Below, in pieces: positions 38,446 to 50,756 of a stretch of DNA of 64,000 nt. Both the position numbers and the translations under genes were made by a program. Every line of letters begins with the position of its first letter. The stretch's first letter is position 1. The notes under the pieces are model-generated. The model did no database searches and was not told the DNA's origin. It was given only the letters and a program-made list of their open reading frames with translations. The DNA lies in NCBI GenBank assembly GCA_003427395.1, contig BFEA01000013.1:465326-529325 (forward strand), written 5' to 3'. The DNA is from Chara braunii. Taxonomy: Eukaryota; Plantae; Charophyceae.

Positions 38446-39410
38446 ATCTCGTACGGCATGGCAACTCAACGCCAGATGGCTGAGCCAGATCTAGCATCCG
38501 CCTTTTGAGTTGAGGAACAGCGCGCCGATGTACGAGTGCTCGGGGACAAAAAGAATCCGAAGTTCCGTCGTAAAGCCCTCCCACCAGGGGACCGGGTCTT
38601 GATGCGTATAATCGTCGAACTTTTCGATGCAGAATGTCGGCATCTTGTAGTGCTGCGCACTGGTGTTGTCATCCTTGTTGGGCAGCTGGTGCAGTTGCTG
38701 AACCTCGGTCTTCAAGGTGTCCAACTGCTTGCTGATGGTGGCTGGTGCAGCGAAGGTGCTGATGTCGTCGAGCATTGCGACTACATGGTCAACTCGTTCC
38801 CCCAATTGGCGGGTAGAGGGNGCATTGCTGGACTCGCCAGCATCTGGTCTTGGTGTCACTTGCTCCAAGTCCTGTACACGGGAATCAAGTGCCCGTGTAG
38901 CATCCTCGTGCAGATCCTTGTGGTTCCGCACCGCCCGTCGGAGATTCGCCAACTCGGACTGCAGGTGGTTACAAGTGTAAACCAACCGGGTCACGAGTTT
39001 GGCAAGGAACTCCTTGTGCTGCTCTTCCGGTGTCGCATCCTCGTGGTGCTCGGATGGTTCAAAATGCCAGAACTAGAGCTTTTCGATGCTGGTGGCTTCA
39101 TGCCACTGTAGCAGATCTTCGGCCTCCTTGCGGCGTGCCTAGGTATCTACGTCTACTTCGGCCTGAAGCCCTTGTGTTTCAGTTGCTGCCACCGCTTCAG
39201 CTTGTAGGCGGGCAGCTTTGGCTGCCGCCTGACACTGTTCCTCAGCCTCGGCACTGCTGACGTGGCTCTGTTGCTGACGTGGCACTGTTGCTGATGTGGC
39301 ACTACTGACATGGCACTGCTGACTTGGCATTGCTGACGTGGCACTGTACCAAACTGGGGATGCAGGCAAAGGGTTGGGTGGGAGGGAAAACGCAGGTAGG
39401 TAACCAACCA
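38446..39410 (-). pseudogene. gag: Gag remnant of element D
   Basis: Coiled-coil region followed by YKMPTFCIEKFDDYTHQDPVPWWEGF (retrotransposon gag-like). Confidence 0.7.
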
Positions 39411-39918
39411 AGCTATACTTTCCTCCCGGTCCTAATCAACAGGATAAAATAAAATAAAAAAATAAAAGAAGAGGATCAACCCCCCCCCTTTTTTTGTTTT
39501 TTTTTGTATATTTGTCGATCTGTTATCGGTGAGGCATGTCAGAGGAGTACTATGAGCGAGATCTAGGCCAGGAGTAGAGATGCGATTTTCAGAAAATATG
39601 ACAACCTCCTAATATACCTAAAAACGAAATGCTGATAGGCTTCGCAAGATTTAGGTTTTCAAAAAAAATTAGCGAGATAGAATGGAGATTCGATTTTCAG
39701 AAAAGAATAAATCTCGTTTCCGAGAATATGACCACCTGTATGGTTATCCCAATATGCCTAGAAAACGAAATCCTAACATCAGAAAAATGTATGCGAATAT
39801 CAGAAATTTTCAGATATTTGTTGCGTGAAAACGAAATGCTAATATCAGAAATTTTCAGATAAAACGAAATGCAATTATCAGGAATTTTAAGAGATGGTGG
39901 ACTTATAAGAGGAAGAAG

Positions 39919-39919
<1 letters not shown>

Positions 39920-39987
<68 letters not shown>

Positions 39988-40872
39988 CGCTCGTAGTCCG
40001 CAGATACTGAGAAGTCAGGTAGCGAGAGGGTGAAGAAGAGATGGTGGACTTATAAGAGGAAGAAGAACTCTCTCTCTCTCTCTCTCGCAATCCGGTACTA
40101 ACCTGTGAAGTTGGCGCCTTGATGCAGGTATCACGAAGATGAAGCTGGAGCTATGGCGCCACAGGTACGTCTCTCTGGCCTCCGCCAGCCATCTCTCTCT
40201 CCAACACTACTCTACTCCTACCAGCGCCCAGTGCTGAAGACTACCACTACCGCTACTAGCGCCCAGCGCTGAAGACTACTGCTAGCTCTAAAGCTACTCC
40301 TGCAGCGCTCCTCCAGAGTGCTGCTGCCGAATCCTGCCTTCTGCCTCCTGAACTGCACGTTAAGTGCCTGGCCAGTCCTTATGAACTACCTCCTTCCTGT
40401 AGGGCGGGCCAGTCTTATATAGTGCTGGCCCGTCCAGGAGGCTGCTCTTGCCAATGCCCAAACGGGCTAGACCCTGAGGAAGCTTCCGGGAGGCCGCTCT
40501 TGCCAATGCCAGAACGTGCTAGCCCCTGAGGAAGCTTCCGGGTAGTTTCCAGGTAGCTTTTGGCTAAAGACTGAAGGCCTATAGGCCCTTGTTTTCAGGC
40601 TTGTCAGGCTGAACCAACCCACGGCCTGTAGGCCCTCGTTTTCAGGCTGTTAGTCTGACACGACACAGGGCCGGTAGGCCCTTGTTTTCAGACTGTCAGG
40701 CTGAAACGACACAGGGCCTGTAGGCCCTTATTCTCAGGCTGTCAGGCTGAACGACACAGGGCCTGTAGGCCCTTGTTCTCAGGCTTTCAAGCTGAAAACG
40801 ACACAGGGCCTGTAGAGCCCTTACTTGTTTGGTCGGGCCTTGCAGGCCCGTGTGGATGCGCAGTATGCCACA
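39920..40872 (-). repeat. 5' LTR of element D (left boundary uncertain), with internal ~40-bp tandem units
   Basis: Near-identical to 31547-31836. Repeated ACACAGGGCCTGTAGGCCCTTGTTTTCAGGCT units. Confidence 0.7.
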
Positions 40873-41165
40873 TCTAGTTATCATAATACTATGTCGATCA
40901 ATTTGCTCTGGTATGATTCTGATTGCATATTTAAACGCAGCTCGCCATGATCTGCATCACGGTGGCCCTAAGACTCATTAAACACACGCACACACACTGG
41001 TGAAAGATAGAGGCAGCTGTATGCACATTTTTATGCTTTCTTGTTTGCGATGTGTGCCTTCTGTAGTTACCATACAATGTGGATCACTCTGTTCTGGTAT
41101 GATTTTGATCGCATACTTAAATGCAGCCCGCCGTGGTTTGCATCACTGTGGCCCTATGATTCATT

Positions 41166-41209
<44 letters not shown>

Positions 41210-41382
41210 CGTTTCCAAGAAGTGTAAAACACAGGTAACATCAGGGTCTACTTAATGATGTACCCCTGAGCCGTAAGCTGTCAGATTTTATGCATCTGAC
41301 CACCTTCACTGCATCAATGCTGACTAATGGAGGCCTGTGGTAACTGCAGTTTTCACGGTGGCCCTATGATTCATTAAAAACA

Positions 41383-41429
<47 letters not shown>

Positions 41430-41530
41430 TTTCCAAGAAATGTAAAATGTGGGCAACATCAGGGTATATTTTATCATGAACCCCTGAGCCGTAAGCTGTC
41501 AGATTTTATGCATCTGACCACATTCACTGC
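40873..41530. repeat. Degenerate tandem repeat with (CA)n spacers (insertion target of element D)
   Basis: GGTGAAAGATA...TGTATGCACATT at ~30563 and ~40999. GGCCCTATGATTCATTAAA-(CA)n recurs three times. Confidence 0.75.
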
Positions 41531-41899
41531 ATCAATGCTGACTAATCTTTTTTGCGCAGGGGGCCATGCTAATCTTGGCTGCATCCTTCCACTTTCGCAG
41601 AAACGCCTTGTGCATGCAGGCACATCTGGCGGGGTGTATCAAGGTGCCATTTCACCCGACATCCATCCAGGCAAAACGGAGTCATTCTGCAGAAACCATC
41701 CACGCATGCAGGCGCATCAGGCGGGATGTACCAAGGTGCCATCCAGGCCAAACGGAGCCATTTTGCAGAAACGCGCTGTGCATGCATGCAGGTGTACTGA
41801 GGGGCGAATCATGCAGGCGAAAACCATCCAGACAAAACAGCTAAAAGCAAGGCCCAATTTGCATGGACCTGGGTACATACTGCCCGAGGTTCTGCAAAA

Positions 41900-42119
41900 C
41901 GGCTTGGAAACGTACTGGTGGTTTACCGGACCCCCGGCCCTAGGTCCCACAAGTTTTCGAGTATTTTGTACTGCTGGTTTAACGGATGGCCCAGGCCTAG
42001 GTCCCACTAGTTTTCGAATATTTTTCACTATGGCCACAGTACGACCGTCAGATTCTCAGATGGGATGGCAGGAACCTGTGCGTACACGAAACCAAGTTTA
42101 AACCCCCGTTAGTGTAGTG
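41900..42119. mobile_element. Possible right end of a CACTA element
   Basis: Ends ...GTTAGTGTAGTG (CACTACACTAAC on the minus strand), preceded by tandem subterminal repeats CCTAGGTCCCAC(A/T)AGTTTTCGA. No left end found. Confidence 0.4.
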
Positions 42120-42980
42120 CGACTTAGCCCCTCAAAAATTCGCTGACAAATACCGCCGTCCTTTTATTTGAAATCACATCAATTACTAACACAAAACAGC
42201 GAAGAGCGAGCATGTATATCTCCACCAAAATAGGCTACGGTAGGTAACACAGGGAAAGCAGCAGTTACTTGTATATCGCCACCAAAATAGGCTACCGCAG
42301 GCAAGGCTTGGATCCCACAATCTTTAGTGGGGGTACTTCCGTTAAGAAAAAGAAATCCCACACGTTTTCGGCTGTTTCTTCTCTGGGCCTCCTTCGTGGC
42401 AGCACGGGAGAGAGTCACGGCTGGTTCGTGAACGAATTTCCAAAAGCTCCCGACCCCTACCCCCTCCCCCTGAAAGTAGGTGCCTCTGCAAAATTGGGTT
42501 TTCCCTTTTTTCTGTTGTCGGTTCGTGGTCGTTGGCCGTTGGATGTCCGTAGATGGAGTGCATATCGGCAAAATTTGTGGAGAAGTGCCTTCCCCGTCGG
42601 GCCTATGGGATGCAAATTCGTTCTTACGAACTGGTTGGCGCGGGCACGAGTTTCAGGGTACTTTTCCGACTTTTTCTTCAAAACGCACTGTGGGATCCAA
42701 GCCTACCACAGGAAAAGCAGCAGATATGTGTATATCGCCACCAGAATAGGCTACCGTAGGTAACACAGGATAGCAGCAGACACCACTTGCACCGTTGAGT
42801 TGAGCTACCTCAACGGTGTGACAGCTTTTCAAGCATTTTTTTATTCCGTAGAAAAGAAAAATGCATTTGTTTTTTGTTTTTTTTTTCCACCTACACATAT
42901 CTTTGGAATTTTCGTTTTCTTTCCCATGGAGCAAATCGATCCATGTCACTTGCCCAATTAGGAAAGTCGACAGGTCTTTT

Positions 42981-43025
<45 letters not shown>

Positions 43026-43064
43026 ATGCCCAATTAGGAAAGTCGACAGGTCTTTTTCCATCTG

Positions 43065-43149
<85 letters not shown>

Positions 43150-43150
43150 N

Positions 43151-43184
<34 letters not shown>

Positions 43185-45113
43185 GACGTGAGGGCTGAGA
43201 GAGGAGGTATGCCCAGCTGTACGAATTTAGGGGAGTTGGCCGGCGGAAAGCCTTCCCTGTGCCTCAGGTTGTTTAATGTTAGCAAAGCTGGTTTCCGGCA
43301 GTTTTGGGGAATCATGCAATGTGTATTTGTGCTTCGATGCGAACTTTTTTTGTCAATTTTGGAAAGTAATTTACCAGCAGGGGACGCTGGACCCGGTTTC
43401 CAGCAAGTTCAAGACTCAGTTGCATCGTTTTTAATGGATTCGAGCGTTGCTCGTAAGCTAAACTGGCTGACGCTGCCAGGATAACTCCGGGTTGAATTGT
43501 GAGGTCCCCGTCCTCTTGATTGCTATAATACAATTTGTCAAGCTTTCCAAAAAAAAAAAAAAAAAAAAAAAGTCGACGTCGGGACATCCGTTAAAATCGA
43601 GAAACGGTCCAAATGAAAATGAAAGGATAATAATGAAATGTAAAGATAAGGGAGGACGGGCTTTAGCGCTGCGGTAACGCAGTGCGCCTCCAGGGGAGGC
43701 ACTAGCAGCTGCGTGCCGCTAAGTGACCTAGCGCTGAGTGCCCGAAGTTGCTGGAGCTAGAGCTAGGGTTTAGCCCAGGCTAAGGCCACCATACCTAGTC
43801 GGCTCTAGTGGCCCACGACGACCATGTCTATGCGTTGTGGATGTGGAGCTTGTCCGGCATGCCCCGAGGAGGAGTGCCTGCTGGAGGTGGGTGTGGCGTG
43901 TTGCGTGTGATAAATGGATACTTGGAGCGCTGGTGCATCTCTCCTGTTATACGCTATATGCAACCAAGATCAGGGCGTGATTGGCGCTGCTGGTCTCAGA
44001 TATAGAGCTTTATTTTTCAACAACATATTGATATTGCCAACGTTTTTCATTCCATCGAGACAGCTGTGAGCTTCCTTGATTGGCACGGATTGGGTTTCCT
44101 GTACGCTGAGTCGCTTGGCCAGGGGAATTGTGGTTTCCCGTACGTCTTGTTCCTTTGCCAAGGAAAACTACGTGCTGACTTGCTGAAGACGAGTGGCGCG
44201 GCTGATCTCAGATATGGAGTTTTGTTTCTCAACAACACATAGATACAACCAAGGTTTTTTCCATCGAGACTCTGCCTGTGTGTATGTGACGGATGTAAAT
44301 ATTGTGAACCTGAATGGGAAGTTGTCCACATTCAGGGCACACAAACAGGCAGTACAGCCGCGGATAAACAGCTATAGAAAGAACATTCCCGTGAATTGCG
44401 GATCAAAAAAAGCTAAAGAACGCGCGGACAACGGATGACTGAAACGTCAACAGTCAACAAAAGATGAAAGAGGTAAGTAACAATGAAAATTTCACAACTC
44501 AAAAAAAAAAAAAAAAAAAAAAAAAAATGCGTTGAACTGGCTACAACGCAAAAAAAAAGGCAGCTAGCTCAACGCTAGGGCGCGAGGGTAGGGGGCTTTA
44601 TATTCGAGTTTTTTAAGTTTCTTTGAGGTTATGGCTCTCGTTAGACACTCCTAAAGGAATCCTAAATTATCTAGGACGAGTCCTAGAAGAATTTTAGGAT
44701 TTGCTGAGGCGGCGTCGCACGCAATCCCAAAAAACTTCTTTTAGGAATCCTCCTAAATGGTCTCCCGCGGCCAGTTCTCATATACGTATACACAGCCGCG
44801 CCGTCGATGTCCGCCCTTTGCAGCCTGGTGTCCGTGATGCAGACGGTGGAGGGCCCTGCCGGTCGAGGAGGGTGAGGTGGGAAGCGTGGGAAGGACGGCG
44901 TTCGAAAATTCGAATTCGAATTTTCACAGACGCAGGGAGGTGGGCTGGAGGACTTGCAGGCGACGTGTGGGACGTACAAATGACGGCGGTGGTGATCCCG
45001 TTGGCGCGGAGCTCCATCTTTCGCGTCTGTGCGAGTCAAGAGCGGCGTGCGCAGTGTCGTGTGGGAGGGAAGAGCAGCGGGGTCATCTTCGGCGGAAGTC
45101 GCAAGTGTTATCC

Positions 45114-45740
45114 ATGAGAGGCGAAAGGGTGTCGGGGATGGCCGTTCGCGGTGGCGGCCATGGGTTGCGTAAAGAAGAGAGGGAGGCCGTGGCGATGGCA
45201 GTGACTGCCGTGGTCCTTAACTCGGTGGGCGACATGTCGTCCACGGAAAGCCAGAAGCGTTCGCAGTTGCGCGTCGTCGAAGCACCAGATTGCATGGCGG
45301 CGTATGAAGTGGTCCTGCAATTGTGCACGACGCTCTACTCCGGTGTCTTCCCGCGGGAAACGCCACGATGGTGGACCAAACGAAGGACTGGCGGAACTTG
45401 GGAAGATCTCCGGTTGCGTGACGACACGACGGAAGACTACTTCCGCGACAAGTTGCGTATGTCCAGGGCTGTCTTCATGCAGATCATTGCCGCATGCGCC
45501 GCTCACATCGAGAAGAAGGTAACACATTACAGGATGCCATTGCCTGCGGAGCAGGTCATTGCTTTCACGTTGTATAGGTGGGCCTCCGGGAAGACGTTCG
45601 AGAGTGGCACGTCAGCCTTTTGCATCGGCAGGGCCACTGGACTGCAGGCCGTCGGCGATGTAACTTCGGCGCTGTTGATGGCGTACCCCGAATCCATCGA
45701 GTGGCCTGTTGGGCGGAGACGTGTGCAGATACTTCGGGCC
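45114..45740 (+). pseudogene. Harbinger transposase, N-terminal half (HTH region)
   Basis: FRDKLRMSRAVF...LPAEQVIAFTLYRWASG...IEWP; stops just before the first catalytic Asp. Confidence 0.85.
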
Positions 45741-46454
45741 AACTTTATCATCTATTTCAGAACTCACAGTAAGCACATGGACAACGAACCGCTGCAAACC
45801 ATTCCAGCACTTCAAGGTAATCATCAACTCAAAATGAATTAGAAAACGCATGTCCCGTTCTGTAAGGTTGGAGACCATCTACTCTAAACAACAGCTACAC
45901 GGCACGACATCGCCGGTGAAAGACCGCACTCCCTCCGGAGGCGCAACACAAACCAACCCTAAACCGTGCAAGGACTAATGGCGACACAGGGCACCCGCGA
46001 ACTTGACGTCGTCGATCATGGACCGTTGGACGACAACCTGCACACCGGTGGCGATCCGAGAACACGCGGAAGCACAAAACAAACCCGAAGNTGCAACGAC
46101 TACTGGCGACACACGGCACCCGCGAACTTGACGTCGTCGATCATGGACCGTTGGACGACAACCTGCACACCGGTGGCGATCCGAGACAGACTCGAAGTCC
46201 ACTCTCGATGCACCACGACACACTCCCACCTATCATCCCAAAGAACCACCAACTTCCCCCCCCTCCCCCCCCCCCCCCCCCCCCCCGTGCGAATGGGCGG
46301 ACTACTGACCATCCCACGGTAGGCTAATCATCGATGACATCAACCCTACGGTGCCTCCCGCCATACCGAACGTGGCGCTCCCACATTCTTCACGACCCAC
46401 ACCCCGCAGCTGCACGCGCCTACATCAAAGCCAGCCGGTCGCGAAGTGCATCCC

Positions 46455-47177
46455 TCAACAGGTCCCCGTCGACGTTCGTGCTTTGTTCTTTCCCGCCCGC
46501 ACCGTTTCCCACCATACCCAAGTCCACTCTACACCGAACGCCGTTTTCATCCACCTCCCACAGCAGGTCTCGTCGAACTCGATCCCTGCGTCCAGGAGGA
46601 TGTTGTGGAGAGTGCATACCGCGACGAATTGCTGCGGCAAGGTCTCCAAGTTCGTTTTGTGGGTGCGCAGGAATAGACGCCACATGCACTTCAACCGCCC
46701 GAATGCCCTCTCCACACACCGCCGTGCCACCTTCTGCTGCGTGTCGAAACGTTCCCCGTCAAGACGTTGCTCGATTTCTCCATACGGCTGGACGATCCAT
46801 GGACAGGCAACGGGGTACCCGTTGTCCCCGAGAAGGTAACCTCGTGTGACGACACCGTATAGCAAATTCTCCGGAGGGGCATCGAAAAGCTCGCCACTTT
46901 CTGCGCGCCTCCACAAATCGGAGTTCTGCAGGACACGGACGTCGTGCACACTTCCCGGGTATCCGACATGGACGTCCAGGACTCGCAGATCCAAATCGAC
47001 TACCACCTGCTCCGTGTATCCGACGTGGACGTCCAGGACACGCAGATCCAAATTGACTACCACCTGCGCTTGAACGGAGAACTTCTGTTTGCGGTCGTAG
47101 TAGTTAACTGGCGGCGCGCTGGCGGGCTTGTAAATGTACACGTGCGTGCAGTCAATTGCGTCGAAGCAGTTAGGGAA
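46455..47177 (-). pseudogene. Harbinger transposase DDE domain, inverted relative to its N-terminus
   Basis: FPNCFDAIDCTHV, YYDRKQKFS, GSVHD, LLGDNGYP, VERAFGRLK, CTLHN. Confidence 0.93.
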
Positions 47178-47856
47178 ACAGTCGTTCAATGTCGGTCGTC
47201 GCATTGCAAAGGTTCGTCTTATTTTGTCGTTGTTGTTTCTTCTCTTCGATTAAGAAAACTTGCATCAAAAGTTGTCAATTAACAATTGTTGTCTTCAATT
47301 AGCGAATGATGTATTTCAGTTTCATGATCCACATGTTCATTTATTCACACTTTCCTTTTATGCCAAAAAAAAAATAAAAAAAATTCAATGCAATGCACTG
47401 TTCATGGAATGCAGAGATGACAACATCATCGAATGCAGAGACGACAACATTCAAACATGTATGAAGGCGACGACAAGCCTGGCAAGGTCTTCTGAAAATG
47501 ATACACCAAAAGAAGTCGCTAAACTGCAGCAATTAAAATCGTTCACACACACCACCCGTTCGTCTGGACGCGAACTTCGAATGGGTGATTGTCCTCCAAA
47601 ATAAAAAGGCCCCCCGGCTGCCACACCAATGCACGTCGTCATCATCAATGTCTTGGGAAGGGATAAACAGGCACACGAAGCGAACCTTTCATACCAAAAA
47701 CAAAAACAAGCATTGGCCCGCCGTAATGACCTTACGCAGAAACTGACCGTCTACTGCAATGCCCGCCAAACCAAAATTACGGAAAATATAGTGCCACCTA
47801 CAACCAATGACGAGCACCATGCAGGGCCTTTCGCAGCTTCTCCCACATCGCTAACT

Positions 47857-48024
47857 CGTCATCACGGTAGTCATCATCATCGTCGTCATCATCATCATTA
47901 TCATCATCATCGTCATCATCATCATCATCATCGTCGTAGGGATGAAGTTCATTGTCATTCCCATCATCATCATCATCATCATCATCATCGTCGTCATCAT
48001 CATCATCATCGTCATCGTCATCAT

Positions 48025-48055
<31 letters not shown>

Positions 48056-48100
48056 AGCATCGTCATCTTCATCATAATCATCATCATCATCATCGCAGCA
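47857..48100. repeat. (CAT)n/(CGT)n trinucleotide microsatellite
   Basis: Directly visible. Confidence 0.95.
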
Positions 48101-48159
48101 TTTTCATCATCCCGACACCGTCACGTTCGTCCTCGCCGCACACCCCCCTCTCCACTCGT

Positions 48160-49230
48160 CATCTTCGTCGGCAGCGGCGGAGGCTGGCCCTGTCCCCAAC
48201 CACTGAAGCCCTCTCGCCTCGTCGGGCCCTGACAAGCTGGCGTCATGTTGGAACTTAACGCCGCAAGGCGCCCAGTCTGGCAGGAAGTTCGGGGAGTGCC
48301 CCAACGTCACCTGCGCCTTCCCCAGCCGTTCGGTCGCGGAGTTGGCTGCGGACATGATGTGTCGTCAACGATCAAACAGACGGTGCATTGACGCGACGAG
48401 CAGGGGCTTGGCGAGCATGTTGGCGAAGTAGAAGGCTTCATAGTGCAAGCGCAGATCATCTCCCGCCATTCGCATGATCCACATGCACACCGCCAACAGC
48501 TCCTTGAAGCTTTCAGCCAGACGAGAGAGACGTTCATGTGCGACGCGTCCCCCATCGAGGTTTTGGGCCGTTTCGACCGCCGTGCTGAATGCCGCGATCA
48601 GTCGCATCACAGTTGCCTCCTGGTACGCACCATCTCGTCGTTTGCCGGCCTGTCTTCGATATGAACCCCAGCAAACCACAGCGGGAGGTCCATCCCCATG
48701 TCTAGCGTGTGCGCGCAAACGGCGGGGCTGACGACGTTACTCTACTCCTCACCATGCCACATCGCGCGCGCGATGTCGGTCACCACAGATTCCAGTACGT
48801 ACTAGAAGGCGACATTGTATCCTCGATTTGAAGACCCAACCATACAAAACCCGCAAGGCCACACTCTAGACTTTCGATGCGCGGCTCAATGCTCCTTGCA
48901 ACTGCCCTGCATCCATGATCCTGATCTGCGCGATGTTGGATCTGGGCATGGCGACGCTTCTCGGGACGTTCGGGAGTGGAAGCCCGTTTGCGACGGCGAC
49001 GAGGTGCTCACGTGTCTCGTTGATGATATTGTAGAGTCTGCGCCCCTCTCCTGACGTCCAGAATGATTTGTCGTCGACCCACAGTCTCGCCCGCTCCGCC
49101 AGATCTTTCGCCAGTCCGCCTTTGCGCACCTGTTGACGAGAGGTTCGTCATCCTCGCCCGCCGCAGTACCTTCATATGTCGTTATACGCACAAGACGACA
49201 CAAGCGGACGCCTGCAGTTCAAATTTCAAC
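48160..49230 (-). pseudogene. Remnant of a second Harbinger ORF
   Basis: GC-rich coding-like ORF pieces (ARLWVDDKSFW..., CMWIMRMAGDD...) inside the TIRs. No Myb motif recognised. Confidence 0.5.
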
Positions 49231-49889
49231 CGTTGGGGCCCATCCACTGGCCGTTCATCGTCGGTATGTCGTGCTGCGCCAGTCGGCATCCTCGTCCGCG
49301 TTTCGCAACGAAGCCAACAGTCGACTACGGACAACAGGGCACCCCCGCTCGCCCTCCGCACTCCACCCCGCCCGCCAACGGCTACCACTGGTGGTCGTTG
49401 CCCCCCTCCGCCCGCCAAATGCCTCCGAGTGGCCCGACGGACAACTTCTGCACCACTGAGTCCGAGACGGCGGTGCCATGCACGTGACGCCATGACTCCG
49501 CCAAACGCGGTTTCCTAAATTTTTCAGTAGGTCGGCACGACGCCGGTGCCATGCACGTGACGCCACGACTCGTCCTAAAGAATTTAGGACTCCGCCACGA
49601 CTTCGCCAAACGCGGTTTCTTTAGGACGAGTCCTAAGGCCGTTTTCACATTTTCGATCTCAAAACCGGATTTAGGAATGCGTGCAACCACGAAGCAATCC
49701 TAAAAACTGGCACTTTTAGGGGTGTCTAACGAGACCCTATGTTATAATTTAACAAAACAACAACGACGTGGCTTTGCAGGAAAAAAAAGAACCAATGGAT
49801 TCTCCTACTACTTTGCATCCCCGACGTCGCGCTTTGTCCCACGTGATAGAAATCTCAACTAACTCAACGGTGCAAGTGGGACGAGGCCC

Positions 49890-50024
49890 GGCCTAGTTCA
49901 GTTAGTATACCTACGAACTGTTGAGATGCAGACCTGAGTTCGAATTCCAATTGAATCTGATGAGCGGAAAAAACTCTGAATTTACCTGGTGCTGGTCAGC
50001 TCAAAGATGATATCTCAAGGCCAT
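49890..50024 (+). mobile_element. tRNA-derived SINE-like repeat
   Basis: A-box-like TAGTTCAGTTAGTA and B-box-like GAGTTCGAATTCC. Tail GATGATATCTCAAGGCC is shared with the 52700-52790 copy. Confidence 0.55.
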
Positions 50025-50254
50025 CCCCGTTCTGAAAACTGAAAAAAAGGAGGGGTAAGAAGAAAGGGGGGAAAAAAAAAAGGAAAAGGGAAAAGCAGCA
50101 GGGCTATGCTTCTACTACCGCGGATTCTTTGTTTTTCCTCCTTTTCCCCTTTTTTTGCCAATCTCCCGTTCCAGTAGGTGGTCACCCAAAAGAGAAAGCA
50201 CCACATTTTCTTCACATACTGTTGCAAATCACTCAGCCTCCACACGCGGCATGC

Positions 50255-50337
<83 letters not shown>

Positions 50338-50665
50338 CCCATCACAGTCCGCACAGAGAGAACAACTGGCACCAGGCGGATCAGAGAGGAAAGAAGGACA
50401 CGAACAGGACAAGAGGAAAGGAGAGGGGATGAATGTGGAAGAGCAGAACTGGTAATAAGAGAAATAGCGAGTGGTAGGGGTGGAGCGGGGAGGAGGAGGG
50501 AAGGGGGAAAAGACAGAAGGAGAAGAAAGGAGGTGAAGGGTTGGGGGAAGGGGGGGGAAGGGGAGGAGGAGAAAAGGGCATTGTAAACGAGGACAAGAGA
50601 AAAGGAGACGCGAGGAGGACTGGACATGAGGACATGACAAGACAGAGACAACAAACCTGCATAAT

Positions 50666-50711
<46 letters not shown>

Positions 50712-50756
50712 CTCTCTCTGCCTACGGTTTACCGGGCAGTTCTGTTTGTGACGATA

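Larger units (their letters stand above)
30631..40872 (-). mobile_element. Internally deleted Ty3/gypsy element D, host of element B
   Basis: Ends TGTAGCATAC...GTATGCCACA. 5-bp TSD TCTGG/TCTAG interrupts a local tandem repeat. LTR homology 31547-31836 vs ~40497-40872. PPT at 31837-31850. Confidence 0.8.
44633..49737. mobile_element. PIF/Harbinger transposon, internally rearranged
   Basis: 23-bp TIR GG(C/G)TCTCGTTAGACAC(T/C)CCTAAA. 3-bp TSD TAT. Subterminal TCCTAAA/TTTAGGA repeats. HARBI1-like transposase. Confidence 0.93.
42782..49880. mobile_element. CMC/EnSpm-like DNA transposon (CCC-type termini) hosting the Harbinger element
   Basis: 19-bp perfect TIR CCACTTGCACCGTTGAGTT (42783) / AACTCAACGGTGCAAGTGG (49861-49879). 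2-bp TSD AC. Subterminal CTCAAC motifs. Superfamily assignment is inferred. Confidence 0.7.

Noticed and set aside
40560-40820. Regularly spaced ~40-bp repeats, superficially CRISPR-like
   Set aside because: No unique spacers, no cas genes, eukaryotic context. They are LTR-internal tandem repeats.
47629-48258. His-rich 209-aa ORF (and poly-Met / poly-Ile ORFs)
   Set aside because: Translation artefact of a (CAT)n microsatellite.
49890-49950. Functional tRNA gene
   Set aside because: Only A/B-box-like motifs; acceptor and anticodon stems do not form.
49957-49985. CTGATGAG followed by a short stem
   Set aside because: No correctly placed GAAA and no stem III, so not a hammerhead. The same applies to CTGATGA at ~10842, ~4487 and ~25551.
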